Shown piece after piece: positions 1-16,140 of a stretch of 64,000 nucleotides of DNA (positions within the stretch are counted from its first letter, which is position 1; the number at the start of each line of letters is the position of its first letter). Both the position numbers and the translations under genes were made by a program. Location: contig OZ024742.1 in NCBI GenBank assembly GCA_964016885.1, forward strand, positions 302,498,001-302,562,000, in the 5' to 3' direction. Below the pieces are notes generated by a model. That model was not told where the DNA came from and ran no database searches. It saw only the letters and a program-made list of their open reading frames with translations. This DNA is from Eledone cirrhosa. Its lineage: Eukaryota.

Positions 1-185
1 CATTTTTGGGGCCCTTTCTGCCTGTGTGTTTGTTTGTTTATGTGTGTTCGTATACAGCGTGGTGATAATGCCACACAAGGGCCAAGTGGAATGACGGATC
101 CACAGATGGATATGTAACCATACATTCGCCAATCCTCGATAAGAGTGTTTAAATATCGAACATAAACAGTTCGAATAACGGTGAA

Positions 186-3100
186 ATGGAGACTAGAACG
201 TCATGTGACAGACTCTCACCCAACAGGTGACCCCTGGCTCAGCAGCAGGAACCTGACTGTCAACCAAATACTGCTGATGTTGGAGGAAGGAGAAGAAAGA
301 AAGGGGCCAGAACCAACTGGACGAAAGAATTGAATAGAACTGTTATGCAATGTTACCTGAAAAGTAACCCCAAGGAGAGGGGCTACAGGAGACGGATGCA
401 TAACATCTGGAACGAGATTGGTTTATTTAAATTAGATGAACAAAAATTGGCCGGGCAGGCTCGGGTAATAAGAACTAATGGGTGGATAAGCGAGCTGGAA
501 CTGGAGGAACTTAGCAGAGAGAATGGCTTGGAGATGGCGGGTGTAGTATGCCAGACAAGCGAGCCAGTGGGAAATGAAGGTGAAGAGGTCCTGAGAACGG
601 AGGAACCACCCGAAGCAGACAATGATCTGAATACTGAGATAAATAATACCTGGAACAGAGATACGGCCACTGAGGGGATGAATGCTGACGGGCTAGGACA
701 AGATTCGGTTGACATCCTAAATTTAGTGGTAGATGAATTGAACAATGATAGTGGGAGACCTATGAACCTAAGATTTGTAGACAGGAAAAAGTTAAAAGAA
801 ACAACAGCTAAGGTAAACAAAGTCATCCCATACCTTGAGGCGAGGAGCCTTCACCAGTGCAACACTATCCTCAAAGCAACAGCAAATACGGTGAGGAAAC
901 TACTTGGTATAAAAGCGAGAGGAAACAACAGACAAGAAAGAGCAGAGCCGTGGTGGAAGAAGCGACTGAGTGGGCAAATCGGGGAAATGAGAAATGACAT
1001 AGGAAAGCTTGAGTCACTACTGAATGGGACACTAAAAAACATAGGCACTAAAAATAGACTGGAAATAAAATACAAAACTAGGAGGAAAAAGCTAAATATT
1101 ATCATAGAGGAACTGAAGCAACGCATTGTAGCAAAGAGTGCAAAAATCAGGCGATACGAGAACAGAGTCAGTCAGTATAAACAGAACCGCATGTTCGACA
1201 ACAACCAGAAGATGCTGTTTGGACAGCTTGAGGGGAAAGAAAGAGGCAACGACTTGATCCCTGGGGCGGAGCAAACTAAAACATTCTGGAGAGGAATATG
1301 GGAGCAGGATGTTAGACAAAATGCCCAGGCAGGGTGGATTGAGACAGTACAGAGGGAGATCGGTGAGCAGGCACAACAACAAACTGATTTGAGTATCACA
1401 GTTGAAACTCTTAAGGGGCAGGCCAAAAAGCTAACCAACTGGAAATCACCAGGCCCAGATGGTGTGCAGGGGTATTGGATTAAACATTTAACATCCCTCC
1501 ACCCGAAGCTGACGGCCATGTTCAATGACTGCTTGGTGTCAGGTGAGGTGCCAGAGTGGTTGACAAAAGGTACCACAGTTCTGATAATGAAAGACCGAAT
1601 CAAGGGTAATGATGTTACCAACTATAGACCTATCACATGTCTGTCCGTAATGTGGAAACTGTTGACGAGCATTGTGTCTGAGGAAATCTACCATCACCTC
1701 CACACAAACAACTTGTTACCGGACGAACAGAAAGGATGCCGAAAGAAGTCACGTGGTACAAAGGACCAGTTACTTATTGATAAGATGGTAATGGGGAATT
1801 GCAGGAGGAGACACACTGATCTTGCCATGGGATGGATAGACTACAGAAAGGCATTTGACATGGTGCCTCATTCCTGGATCACCAAAATGCCTGGAGATCT
1901 TCAGGGTGGCAGATAACATCAGACAGTTGCTAGGCAGGAGTATGGGGTCCTGGGAGACAGAGTTGACATCAACTGGAGTATCCTTGGGAAGCGTGAAGAT
2001 CAAGAGAGGTATCTTCCAGGGAGATAGCCTGTCCCCTCTGTTGTTTGTCCTTGCCCTGATGCCCTTGACCATTATGCTGCGAAAAGTGAGAGCAGGATAC
2101 AAGTTGGGAAGGGGAGAGCTTACCATCAATCACCTCCTCTTCATGGACGATCTTAAGCTCTTCGGGAAAAGTGAGAAGGAGTTGGATGTGCTTGTTGACA
2201 CTGTCCGTATTTTCAGCAGTGATATATGTATGCAGTTTGGTATTGGTAAATGTGGTGTCATTGTGATGAAGAGGGGTGGGTTGAGCAGAAGTAACGGGAT
2301 CCAGATACCAACAGGTGAGATGATAAAGGAAATTGACTCTGAGGAAGGATACAAGTATTTGGGCGTTCTGGAGGCTGATGGTATAAAGAACAAAAAAATG
2401 AAGGAATTGTTAAGAACTGAATACATTCGGAGAGTAAGGAGCGTATTGAAGTCACATCTGAACAGCAGAAATGCCATAAGCGCAGTAAATTCCCGAGCTG
2501 TGTCTATTATTAGGTACAGTGCGGGAATTTTGAGATGGAATGTTGCTGAACAAAAAGAAATGGATAGGAAGACTAGGAAGCTATTGACTATCTACAACAT
2601 GTTCCACAAGAGGAGTGATGTCGATAGACTCTACCTAAGGAGATCTGAGGGTGGAAGAGGTCTTATCAGCATAGAGGACTGTGTTCAGATGGAGAAAAAC
2701 AACCTATACAAATACGTGACCTATAGTAAGGAGCCAATGCTCAGAACTGTACTGAAGGAGGGGACAGTAGGCCAGGGGATGTCCAAGGAGGAAATAACAT
2801 CAAGGAGGAAGAGCAGCCTTAAGGGAAAATCCCTTCATAGTACCTTCTTTGAGAAAACTGAATTTAGAGATCCACAGACATGGAACTGGTTGAGAAGAGG
2901 AGACCTCAAAAAGGCTACAGAAGGAATGCTAATGGCTGCGCAGGAGCAGGCCCTCAAAACGAAGTGGTTGAAGCACCATATCTACAAGGAGGAGGCTAGC
3001 CCACTGTGCAGGATCTGTGGAGAGAGAGAGGAGACTGTGGCTCACATTGTGTCCGAGTGTAAACACCTAGCCCAGACCCACTATAAGGGCTAGAGACACG

Positions 3101-3654
3101 ATGTGATGGGCAGGGTGATCCACTGGCACCTGTGCAAAGTAAACAATTTACCACATTCTGAGAAATGGTATGAGCATAGGCCAGAGGCGGTGATGGAGAA
3201 CAATCAGGTGAAGGTGCTGTGGGATTTTAGGATACAGACGGACAAAAAACTGGAACACAATAGACCTGACCTGGTGGTTGTGGACAAAGAAAAAAGATCG
3301 TGTCTGATTGTGGATGTGGCCTGCCCGTTCGACACGAGAGTGCAAGAGAAGGAGAGGGAGAAAATTAACCGATACCAGGACCTAAAGTGGGAGGTGAAAA
3401 GGATTTGGAACTGCCATGAAGTCAAAGTGATCCCGATTGTCATAGGCGCACTGGGGACTATCTCCAAAAGTTTCCAGGGATGGTTAAAGAAAATCGGCCC
3501 CTTCACGCTTTTTGGAACGCTTCAAAAGGCATGCTTGCTTGGAACAGCAAGAACCCTCCGATACGTCCTGAATATCTGAGGCTGCAGGTAGTGGCTTGAT
3601 ATTCAATCCAACGGACTTTCCAGTTAACCAACATCAATGACTGAGATTCAAGGA
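186..3654 (+). mobile_element. R4/Dong-like non-LTR retrotransposon (Myb-like N-terminus, RT, CCHC, restriction-like endonuclease), disrupted copy
   Basis: One ORF broken by TGA at 228-230, an extra A in AAAA at 1884-1887 and TAG at 3091-3093. Motifs: WTKELN..MQCY..S.P..RGYRRRM..IW, KSPGPDG, YRPITCL, QGDSLSP, LFMDDLKL, CRICG..ETVAHIVSEC, RHD, RPDLVV..VDVACP. 3' UTR ends in an (AAT)n tail. The element probably starts upstream of 186. Confidence 0.93.
330..3579 (+). pseudogene. RT-RLE polyprotein pseudogene (ORF track pieces 330-1916, 1855-3093, 3103-3579)
   Basis: The pieces join into one reading frame after removing one A near 1885 and reading through TAG at 3091. Confidence 0.9.
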
Positions 3655-3662
3655 ATAACAAC

Positions 3663-3728
<66 letters not shown>
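3655..3728 (+). repeat. (AAT)n tail or target microsatellite of the Dong-like element
   Basis: Near-pure AAT repeat directly after the 3' UTR. Dong-type R4 elements are known to associate with TAA repeats. Confidence 0.9.
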
Positions 3729-3886
3729 TGTTTCTACTTTTGGCACAAGGCCAGCAATTATCCCAGTGTATTACTGGTACTTTATTTTATCGACCCCGTA
3801 AGAATGAAAGGCTAAGTTAACCTCGGCGGGATTTGAACTCAGACCATAAAGGGCCGTAACTCTTTGCTGCAAAGCATGGCGTCCGA
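3726..3886 (-). mobile_element. tRNA-derived SINE (family S1, Meta/MESC-like central domain)
   Basis: Minus strand has B-box GAGTTCAAATCCC followed by GCCTTTCATYCTTACGGGGTCGATAAAATAAAGTACCAG. About 10 copies occur in the window. Confidence 0.85.
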
Positions 3887-4975
3887 AAAAAATACGATTT
3901 CATTTGTACATCCCTATTTATTTTGTTATACGTATTTCAAAGACGTATAAGAACTGCCTTACATGTTCTCTTCAGACAAAAATCCAAACGAGATGTAAAG
4001 TTCCATTGATATGTTACCGGTCATATGTGTTATGGGCTTCGCTGACCAGTAAGCATGTGTCCGAAATTTTCAAGTAGCAGTTCTTATATGTACGGGAGAT
4101 AGTTATTCCAATTGGTGTTGCTGCTTGCCCTAAATAGGAAAAAGAAAATAATAATAGACTTTTTTTAACAATTACGGTCTTAAGCTAGAAATAGGAAATA
4201 ACAGAATAACAAAAAGCGGAATAGCCAACATCCTACACATAACACTAAACCTTAATTCTAGCCTATACTACCCATATCGTAAATTAAATGAAAACCTCAA
4301 TTATGTTAGCTACTTCTCAAACCACCGTAGAAACGGTAAGAAGGCTATAGTCAAAAGTGTAGAACAGAGAATCTCTAGACCCTCAGCTAACAGGGATATC
4401 TTCGATGGCAAGGCTAGCTTCTATAATAATGCATTAGCTAGAGCAGGTTACCTGGACAAAATTGAGTACATGCATATAGATAGGAACAATTACACACCCA
4501 CTCATAGACACAAACAAACCATAGATATAAACACCAATATTCACACAATTAACGGTAATAGAAATAATAGGGGTACTCGAACCCAAAACAGCAGAGACAG
4601 GATAAACCCGCTAAAATACCACCATAAAGTTAAATAAGAGGGCTAGATCCCGCTTCGTTCTGTGGTACAATCTACCCCACTTCTTAGGACTACAAAACAA
4701 AACAAAACAAAACATAGCTAGACGTTTTTTAACGCATTAGATAAATGTTTTCCTAAATCACATAAATACAGTCAAATCTTTAATCGACAACCAAAGGCAT
4801 AGCCCTGAATATAGCGAAGATTAGCAATAGAAATCTGGGAATTAAACATAAAGAGATAACTCAGAATAGCAAGCATAGAAACACTGATAGATTAAACAGT
4901 AACTCGAATAACAAGGATAACACCATTAACATAAATGAGATAAACCAACGGACACAAAGATACAGGGAGGGAACA

Positions 4976-5305
4976 ATGAATGGTAATGTAAATAATTACA
5001 ATTGCAAAAATCATAACCGTTGCCCAATGAAAAATAAATGTTTAGAGAAAAATATTGTTTATGAAAGTGAAGTAAAAACGAGCAGTAAGACTTATAAATA
5101 TATTGGTGCAACTTCTACCAGATTTAAGGAAAGGTGTTGTAATCATCGCCATTCATTTAAAAGAGCTGATGAAAGATCTAGCACAGCCCTGTCGCAACTG
5201 ATTTGGTCGCTAAGAAATAAACAAGTGGAATACTCCCTTTCTTGGTCAAAACTCTCACATGCTTTTCCATATATATATATAAATGGATCTATAACTAGTG
5301 GATGA
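4976..5305 (+). pseudogene. PLE GIY-YIG endonuclease remnant
   Basis: CPMKNKCLEKNIVYE..YIGATSTRFKER..NH..F....STALS..IW. Confidence 0.85.
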
Positions 5306-5798
5306 GACCTCTGTACTACAGAGACTCTACTCATCATAAATAGTAGGCATAAAATTATTAACAAATGCTCTGAAATTTTTAATTCTTGTTTACTCAAAAT
5401 TAATAAGACATTTCGTAGAGTATATAGTTAAAACTTCAGTAAATAATGTTAAATAGACCACCAAATAATTAATTAAATATTCATAGACATATAGATACAT
5501 TATAATATCAGCATCAAAGTACAAATATGTAAAATTAGAATTAGTATCTAAGTGAATAAAATCTAGTATAATAAAACAAAGACTAACAGTTCATACATGC
5601 CTTACTATGAATCAAGTGACGAATCCGGTAACTTGATACCCTTGCCAGTTTACAAGCAGCAACGCCAATTGGAATAACTATCTCCCACACATATAAGAAC
5701 TGCTAATTGAGAATTACGGACATATGCTTAACGGTCAGCGAAGCGAATAACACGTATGACCGGTAACATATCAATGGAACTTTACATCTCGTTTGGAC

Positions 5799-5870
5799 TT
5801 TCGTCTGAAGAGAACACACAGGGCAATTGTTATACAACTTCCTTACGTCTTTGAAATACGTATAACAAAA
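5799..5870 (+). ncRNA. Hammerhead ribozyme-like motif in the PLE pLTR (inverted copy at 3921-3981, minus)
   Basis: CTGAAGA at 5805, long and poorly paired stem II, GAAA-TACGTA-TA. Stem I is TTTTGT/ACAAAA in the inverted copy. Confidence 0.6.
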
Positions 5871-6010
5871 TAAATAGGGATGTACAAATGAAGCTGTCTT
5901 TCTTGTTTATTATTATAATAAAACTCCGGATGAAGAAAAACTGTGGAGAAAAGTCGGCAGATTTTTAACAAACCAACATTCTTCAATTGAATATATATAA
6001 TATATATATA

Positions 6011-6200
6011 TGTAGATAAATCTACCAAAAGTAGATTTATACATAGATCTTTTGAATATTTATACATAGATATTTATACATTTGAATATTTATACATAGA
6101 TCTTTTGAATATGCAAAAGTAGATTTATACATAGATCTTTTGAATATGTAGATAAATCTACCAAAAGTAGATTTGTACATAGATCTTTTGAATATGCATA
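6011..6200. repeat. Short imperfect tandem repeat (AAAAGTAGATTTATACATAGATCTTTTGAATAT)
   Basis: Four to five partial copies are visible. Confidence 0.75.
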
Positions 6201-6300
6201 CCAATTCTAACACATATATGTCCTAGAAACGATCGTAAAATAATGAACTTTTTTTGTTTAATATAAGGAACTGTTTCTTTGTTTATTCATTATTTTTTTA

Positions 6301-6334
<34 letters not shown>

Positions 6335-6601
6335 CATAAAACATGTCTATAGAATCACCAGATAAAATATATACCATTTCCTCTCCCAATTAGCATAATT
6401 AACTATATAAAAAATCGAATAGACCAGGCTATAAGAATAAGGCTTCTATGAAGAAATCTCCAACAAATAACCGAAACTAGCCCTTCGCGTCGGCCGCGAC
6501 GGAATATTTATCGAATATTTCGACAGCGTAATCGCCCAGATATAGTCAATTAAACAGAATTAGGTGTAAAATAAACTAGGAGAAAATAGAATACATTTAT
6601 T

Positions 6602-6680
6602 TACCTCTACCATGGTTTCGTCCGCATTTTGAGATTTCCAGTAACTTTGGAAACTCGAGCATCGGACTCTTCAGGAGTTT
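6602..6680 (-). ncRNA. Type I hammerhead ribozyme
   Basis: Minus strand: ctc CTGAAGA gtccg..long insert..cggac GAAA ccatgg TA gag. Confidence 0.8.
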
Positions 6681-6780
6681 TGCTCTAATCTAGACATTAA
6701 ATTTTCCAAAGTGATCGCGCCAAGAATTCATTCAAAAATGGCTAAGAATCGTGACGTAGCAGCGGTCAGGTTGGAAGGGA

Positions 6781-8190
<1,410 letters not shown>

Positions 8191-8237
8191 TACTCATATA
8201 TATGCTTATACTCATATATATATATACACTCACACTC

Positions 8238-8291
<54 letters not shown>

Positions 8292-8454
8292 TCAAATATA
8301 TATGAATGCATATATGTGTCTGTATATAAATAAAGAAATAAATATATATGTATATAGACATAAGCAAAAAGGATATTCAATTTGTTGGTAATTCAACAAA
8401 TAATATAAATGTTTATAACTGATTCAGAGCACTCGACAGCTTTTCTGGAGTATA

Positions 8455-8783
8455 ATATTCAATGATATTAAATAAATGGAAACTACATTTATAAAACCAT
8501 ATTTATTCTATTATATATATTTCAAGGGTACCAAAACTTTGGTACGGTTTCATCATATAGAATATAAAGTTTGTTTTATAAATATTGACATAACCAAGAA
8601 AAGATACCTTAACGGTTCAAGTTTTTCTTGAACCGTTAAGGTATCTTTTCTTGGTTATGTCAAAATTTATAAAACAAACTTCGTATTTTATCTGATGAAA
8701 CCGTACCAAAGTTTTGGTACCCTTGAAATATATATAATAGAATAAATATGGTTTTATAATATAGTTTCCATTTATTTAATATC

Positions 8784-8792
<9 letters not shown>
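8455..8792. mobile_element. Fold-back palindrome (arms of about 165 bp, centre near 8623) of an HHR-bearing mini-element
   Basis: Near-perfect inverted repeat abutting (TA)n. Each arm carries the ribozyme. Confidence 0.85.
8685..8743 (+). ncRNA. Type I hammerhead ribozyme (the minus copy at about 8505-8563 has C3A)
   Basis: attttat CTGATGA aaccgtaccaaa-g-ttttggtaccctt GAAA tatata TA atagaat. Confidence 0.82.
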
Positions 8793-8881
<89 letters not shown>

Positions 8882-9278
8882 AAAGCTATCGATGTCGTAT
8901 TTGTAGGAGTCTATTTATGTGGAATGACCCGATCAACACTCAATGATTATATTGATTATTTTGCAATTAATCATTCGATTACGAAAGGATGGTGAACAAA
9001 GGGCAAAAAAAAAAATAAAGCGTTTGAACCTCATAAAAAAGACACCAACAAATGCCCAGAAATAAACACACACATACACATACACAAACACACACAGACA
9101 CAAACCCACACACTTACAAACACACATACACAAACACACACAGACACAAACACACACACACACACACAAATACACACACACAAACACACATGCACAGACA
9201 TACACACACACACAAACATACACAAACACACACACACTAAACACACACACAAACATACACAAACACACACATACACAA

Positions 9279-9325
<47 letters not shown>

Positions 9326-9839
9326 TACACACTTACACACATACACACATACACATACACACACACATGTAGATATATATAATATTATATATGATATGAT
9401 GAATTCACGGTACGGAGTCGAGAAAGACAAATGCCCAGGAATAAACACATATACACGCACACACGCACACACAGACGCACACAGACACAAACGCACACAC
9501 ATATAGATATATGTAATATTATATATGATATGATATGAATTCCCGGAACGGAGTCGAGAAAGACTACAGAATAGACTGGTATATAATGCAAGTTTAGGTG
9601 TAGTGTTGCTATAGTAATTATTACAATCATAACAGTTAAAAGTCAGCCAGCTTGCAAATCAGTCATGGCGGAGAGGGCCTTCCATTGGGAGTTGACTAAT
9701 TACACTAAATGTATATATATATATATATATATATACATACATACATGCATATATATATATTGAGTGCTCAAGCTACAGACCGATTATGCATATACGCTAG
9801 CTTGGCCGTATTCTAAAGCTTCGTCAATGCTGTACTAAA

Positions 9840-9926
<87 letters not shown>

Positions 9927-9982
9927 TATATATATATCCTTTTTCTCCCCTCTCTCTCTCTGAATATATATATATATATATA

Positions 9983-10049
<67 letters not shown>

Positions 10050-10997
10050 TATCTCTCTCTCTTTTCTCCCTCTCCTCTCTGTCCTCTCTTTCCCGTCTCC
10101 CCCCCCCCCTCTCTCTCTCTCTACACACACACACACACATATGTATTTATAAACTTGAACACGGATACGCACACACATACATACATATAGAAATGGAAAT
10201 GTTTTTCGTATTACGAAAGAATGAACCTCGAGATATGAGGATAGATTTACACGTAGATATTTGATTCATGGCTTTAGTCGAATATCACGGAGCTAGTAGT
10301 TCCATAGACCGACCTGTTATTGGTACATATGTATATATAAATATATTATATCCGGAGTTGTGCATCTGTGGGCGAGTTAAATGTTGGCCATATTAGATTC
10401 AGCATTACTTTGTAAACATAAGGGATAGACCCTTATTTCCGGTAATTGGACGCCTAAAAAACATGGGTTTATTTAGCTGGTGCAAGGGAACTAAGTTTGA
10501 TGCGATCAGTAGAGTTGGGGTGGAATTACTTCCCCTGGAAAGTTTGCGCGTCAATTCAAAATATAAAAAAAATAATAAATAAACATTAAAATAATATATA
10601 ACAAAAATGAGAGCTTGAAGCCATCAAAGGAAGTTTGCTAGTTTGCAGGTAAAGCGGACGAGATGTAGATGAAAAATAAATTATGTATAAAAATATTCAA
10701 CCTAAGCTTTAAGACATGTAGCGGAGCTGGTGGGCGGTTATAAAAGTGGGTCTTTATATACACCATAGTGTAGTCATATCGCCATTCCTCAACACTCACG
10801 CTTATCATATCTGGAGTATTAGATGGGGATTTGTTTAAAAGAGAGAGAAAGAAGGACTGAGAGGGAGAAAGAGGGCCCGAGAGAGAGAAAGAGGGAGTGA
10901 GAGGGAGAGAAAGGGACAGAGAGGGTGAGAGGGTGGGAGAGTGAGAGGGAGAGAGAGATAAGATATAAGAGATATTAAAGAGAGAAAGTGATTCAAT

Positions 10998-11085
<88 letters not shown>

Positions 11086-11088
<3 letters not shown>

Positions 11089-11530
11089 GAAAAGAATGAA
11101 ACGAAATTTCATTTCTCACTCTTAGTACGGCTGATACATAAATGTAAGTATGTATGTATACGTACATACATATATGTATACAGACGTACAGTAGTATGTA
11201 TATATATACATACATGCACACATATATATATATGCACGTATGGGTTTACCGAACATTTATTATAATGTTCGGTTTGTTTGTAAACAAACAGCCCGAATTA
11301 CGCCGTACAGTGTTCAGGCAAAAACCGTCGCCTTTTTGTTCAACACTGACACAGGAACGATGTACTAGTTTCAAGCTTATTAGCTATCGTCAGCATCGTA
11401 TACCTTCCTGCCAGATGATTGAACGCCTGAAAGTATATACTTTCCTTATGCATATTAACGTAAACCCATACGTGCATATATATATGTGTGCATGTATGTA
11501 TATATATACATACTACTGTACGTCTGTATA
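11086..11530 (-). mobile_element. ORF-less HHR mini-element family H1 with a short inverted 5' piece (11461-11530)
   Basis: Homologous to 61810-62332 (+) and 60870-60940. Flanked by (TA)n. Confidence 0.8.
11352..11410 (-). ncRNA. Type I hammerhead ribozyme (family H1)
   Basis: Minus strand: acgatg CTGACGA tagc-taataa-gctt GAAA ctag TA catcgt, with stem I extended by caggaa/ttcctg. Confidence 0.87.
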
Positions 11531-11540
11531 TATATATATA

Positions 11541-11700
11541 ACGAAGGAAATGTGGTAAGGAACCAGATGGACCATAACGCACCAAAGTACTCAATACTTA
11601 GGGTAGTAGAGTGGGTAATAGGAACGAGTAGGACCCCGACGGCTGAGCTCAAGCCGTTTCGATGGCTATTTCTGGACTAAATTAAAATTTTTAGCCTGTA
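11541..11700 (-). mobile_element. HHR mini-element family H2, 3' part (other copies 15215-15370, 21894-22097, 25458-25670, 49360-49470, 63835-63890)
   Basis: Shared ...GAAA cggct-tgagctc-agccg TC ggggtc... segment. The full core is preserved only at 49360. Confidence 0.8.
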
Positions 11701-11809
11701 TAGAAATTATAAATTTTATACAGTATATATATATATATTGAAATATAGATAAACAGTAATAATGTGAGAGAGGAGTAAGGGTAACAAAGCGGGAAAGAAT
11801 ATGAAATCA

Positions 11810-11905
<96 letters not shown>

Positions 11906-12267
11906 GCAGAGGAAAAGAGATAGAGAAAGCGATGGGGAGACAGAGAGTAGGTGAATGTGATAGAATAAGTTGTTGTTGGTGTTTAGACCTAGGTGAGGCC
12001 TGATTAAGTAAAGATGTGACCGTAGGCATCCCAGTAAGACACCATTTTGGGGTTTTATTTTCCAGACAAATGCATACAGGACTTCATTATCTAATATGAC
12101 TACTATGAGTTTGATTTGTGGAGTATTGTTAATGAGAACGTGAGAAGGTGAGAGAGAGAGAGAGAGAGAGAAAGGGAGAGAGGGAGAGAGAGGGGTGACA
12201 GAGGGAGAGACGGGGAGAGGGAGTGAGAGAAATAGAGATAGATAGAAAAAGTGGCAGAGAGGAGAGA

Positions 12268-12359
<92 letters not shown>

Positions 12360-12364
12360 GTATA

Positions 12365-12433
<69 letters not shown>

Positions 12434-12467
12434 GTATATATATTTATGTATATATATATAAATATAT

Positions 12468-12712
12468 CTTGGGCGGGTAAAATTCTCGAGATCCATGGAC
12501 GAGTTCTCTCCAGCGTTCTCTGTCCCTCATTATCGCTGCCATGTCCTGCGTCTCCAACAGACCAGTGTTTGTCCTTAGGACATCAACATACGTTAACCTT
12601 GGTTTTCCTTTTCCAGTGTGTCGATGCAGGGACTCCCACAGGAGCACTGAGTGCAGTGTCAACTCTGGATGTCGGTGAGGATGTCCAGCTAACCTCAGTC
12701 TCCTCTGTGTCA
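12468..12712 (-). mobile_element. RTE-clade LINE 3' fragment
   Basis: [33 protein letters not shown]. Confidence 0.85.
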
Positions 12713-12760
12713 CATATATATATATCTCAAAATATATATATCGAAATTCGATCTCTCTCT

Positions 12761-12814
<54 letters not shown>

Positions 12815-13547
12815 AGAGAGAGAGAGAGAGGGAGAGAGAGAGGGAGAGAGGGAGAGAGAGAGAATGAGAGAGAGAGAGTGAGAGAGAGGTAGCGAGATAG
12901 ATACATACGTACATGGTTGGCTAGCGGGCTGGTTTATAGAAAGATATACACTTGCTTGGCTGACTGAGAGATAGCTGGATAGAGAGATATATGAGTATAG
13001 AAAAACACACGCATACAAGGATATATAAACACAGGCACACATACGCACGTACCGGACACATGCACATACGCACAGGCATTCGCTTGTCTAAATGCTTATA
13101 TACATAGGCAGAAACAAGCATACATATATACATACAGAAATGCATACAGACATACATACATACCTTCGCATGCATACATACATTTATACATACATACATA
13201 TATATACATACATAGACCCATGTATACATATATAGATAACTACACACATACATACATAAATACACACACATACATACATAGATAGATAACTACACACATA
13301 ATACATAAATACACACACATACATACATTCATTCATATATACATTCATACATACATATATACACACATGCATACAGTCATACATACATAAATACATACAT
13401 AATAAAAACACACATAATAAATACACATGCATACATACATATATACACACATAAATACAGACATACATAAATACCAACATAGATATAGCAAAACACTGAC
13501 ATACATAGATACATATACGGATCATACATACATCATACTTAATCTAC

Positions 13548-13613
<66 letters not shown>

Positions 13614-13816
13614 GAGTAATACATACTATACTTTAGATATTTGCATGGCTAGAAAGAATTATAGTTAAAGAAGTTGAAGTGAAAGAATGCAAAATATATA
13701 AGATACATAGTTATATCTACTGTGGAACACTATCGACATAAGAATAGATATATTATGTGTGGGTGTGAATATCTGTGGGATGCATATATATATATTTATT
13801 TATTAAAATATCTTCT

Positions 13817-13865
13817 GTTTCAGAAGATCCCGTTAAGGGTGAAAGCAGTGATTCTTTGCTTAAAC
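13817..13865 (+). ncRNA. Hammerhead ribozyme, U4A variant (family H3)
   Basis: gttt CAGAAGA tccc-gttaa-gggt GAAA gca..tgc TT aaac. Confidence 0.72.
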
Positions 13866-13976
13866 TTTAATCTGTTAATTTAATAAATATTTGCTCTAGG
13901 GTTCTTATATATTTGATGTATATTTATCCTTATGGAGCCCTCTTTGGATTTTCGTATTCACATTTATTATTATTAC

Positions 13977-14155
13977 TTGGCAGTATCGGTAGAGAGTCGG
14001 ACGCCATGCTTTCCAGCATAGTTACGTCCCTTTACGATCTGAGTTCAAATCCCGCCGAGGTTGACTTTGCCTTTCATCCTTACGGGGTCGATAAAATAAA
14101 GTACCAGTAATGCACTGGGTAATTGCTGGCCTTGTGCCTAAATTAGAAACAATTA
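13977..14155 (+). mobile_element. SINE S1
   Basis: B box plus the conserved central domain, as at 3726. Confidence 0.85.
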
Positions 14156-14479
14156 CTATATATATATATATATATATATATACATGTTTATATATATATA
14201 TATATACATGTTTATATATATATACATGTTTATATATATATATATATATATTTCGTCCCCTCTGTCTTGTCAGTTAACACTTTCCCTCTACTGACCTCTT
14301 CCTCGCACTTCCACTCACTCACTCTCTGTTTCTCCCCTTCTTACTTCCTCCCGTTCGCTACGAATCCGATTTTCCTTCTTTCTCACATCGGATTCACTAG
14401 CGAAAGGTCTGTTTTCTTACACGCTCATGTTTTGACCCAGTTTATGCTGACAGAATAACCATGTTGCTTGTTTTTCTTT

Positions 14480-15031
14480 CCATCTTCGGTTAGCTTTCCC
14501 CTGTGTTGTTTACTTGTCTCCCTCGCTTTACGCGTTTCAATTGTCCCAATAACTTATTTTAGTTATTGTCGCACCAACGTGAGGTATATGATTTTTAATG
14601 CGATGAAATCTCAATGATCGTTGGAAAATCACAGATGAGGGACTCATTTTATAACATGTAATCCATGTGCAACCATGCAGTATTGTTCTCCCCATATTTT
14701 TCATATATATATATATATATGTCAGAAACATATGTCAATACCTAATAAATTCCTTTTTAAAAAAAGCACTTTCATTTTATATTCATCCTTTCTATATATA
14801 TATATATATATATATGTATAACATTTCGTTGCTTTACCATCTTTGTTTGTTTACACTTTTGCTCGTTCCCCTTATTTACGTGTTCCAACGATTTTCTTTA
14901 GCCGTTGTTCGCACCAACCGGAGGTATATGGTCTTTAAAGCGATGAAATACCAATGATGGTTGGAAGATCACTGATGAAGGACTAACTTTATTAATATGT
15001 AACCCATTTGCAACCACGCAGCACGTTTGTT

Positions 15032-15032
<1 letters not shown>
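14480..15032 (+). repeat. Two diverged copies (about 14480-14700 and 14825-15032) of a pLTR-like element with decayed HHR relics
   Basis: Alignable blocks CGCACCAAC..GAGGTATATG..GCGATGAAAT..CAATGAT.GTTGGAA.ATCAC(A/T)GATGA.GGACT. Confidence 0.55.
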
Positions 15033-15068
<36 letters not shown>

Positions 15069-15078
15069 ATATATAAAC

Positions 15079-15196
<118 letters not shown>

Positions 15197-15437
15197 TATA
15201 TATATATGAAGACCTTCAGGACCTCGACTGCTAAGCACCGGCCGTTTCGACAGCTAGATTCGAATTAGCTATCGAAAAGGCCGGAGCTCAGCCGTCGGGG
15301 TCTCGAATCTTTTCATATTACCCACTCTTCTACCCCAAGTATCGATTACTTTGGCGGGCTATGGTCTACCTTATCCCTTCCATATACTGTACCGGTTGTG
15401 TTGTTATTTCTGTTTACCTTTTACACTCTCTCTCCCT

Positions 15438-15538
<101 letters not shown>

Positions 15539-15539
15539 T

Positions 15540-16140
15540 GGAATTGTTGCTCTGAAATAGCGATATGTATATGTAGTGTATTTTGCAATACACTGTATGC
15601 TTAATTAAAAGCTTTTTGAAGACTTACGCTATTGTTTTAAAGTATTGACTATGTCACTTACTTCTTTTTTCAACAAACAAAGGGAGATAAGCTGACAGAT
15701 CTCTGTTTCATACTGTTGGTATTCCTCAGAGCTTAGTACTCCCCTTGTTTGTTGAACATAAGGGCTTCAAAATGCTTTTAATTAAGCATACAGTGTATTG
15801 CAAAATACACTATATATACATTCATATATATATTGCTATTTCAGAGCACCAATTCTAATTTTCAATTATTGCTGGACCGGCAACCGCTCTGTATAATCAG
15901 TTCCTGATTATTACTGGAATTCTATAAGAATCCAACATTCATAATTTTCAACAAACAAGGGGAGTGCTAAGCTCTGAGGAATACCAACAGTATGAAACAG
16001 AGATCTGTCAGCTTATCTCCCTTTGTTTGTTGAAAAAAGAAGTAAGTGACATAGTCACTACTTTAAAACAAAAGCGTAAGATCTTCAAAATGCTTTTAAT
16101 TAAGCATACAGTGTATTGCAAAATACACTATATATACATT

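Larger units (their letters stand above)
3899..5990 (+). mobile_element. 5'-truncated Penelope-like element with inverted pLTR
   Basis: About 4230-4470 translates as ILHITLNL..YYPYRKLN..YVSYFSNH..RIS..YNNALARAGY (PLE RT thumb). 4976-5305 is GIY-YIG (NIVY..YIG..FKER..NH). 3899-4127 is an inverted copy of 5653-5892. Confidence 0.88.

Noticed and set aside
383-3506. Antisense ORFs over the retrotransposon genes
   Set aside because: They are shadow frames of the RT coding strand.
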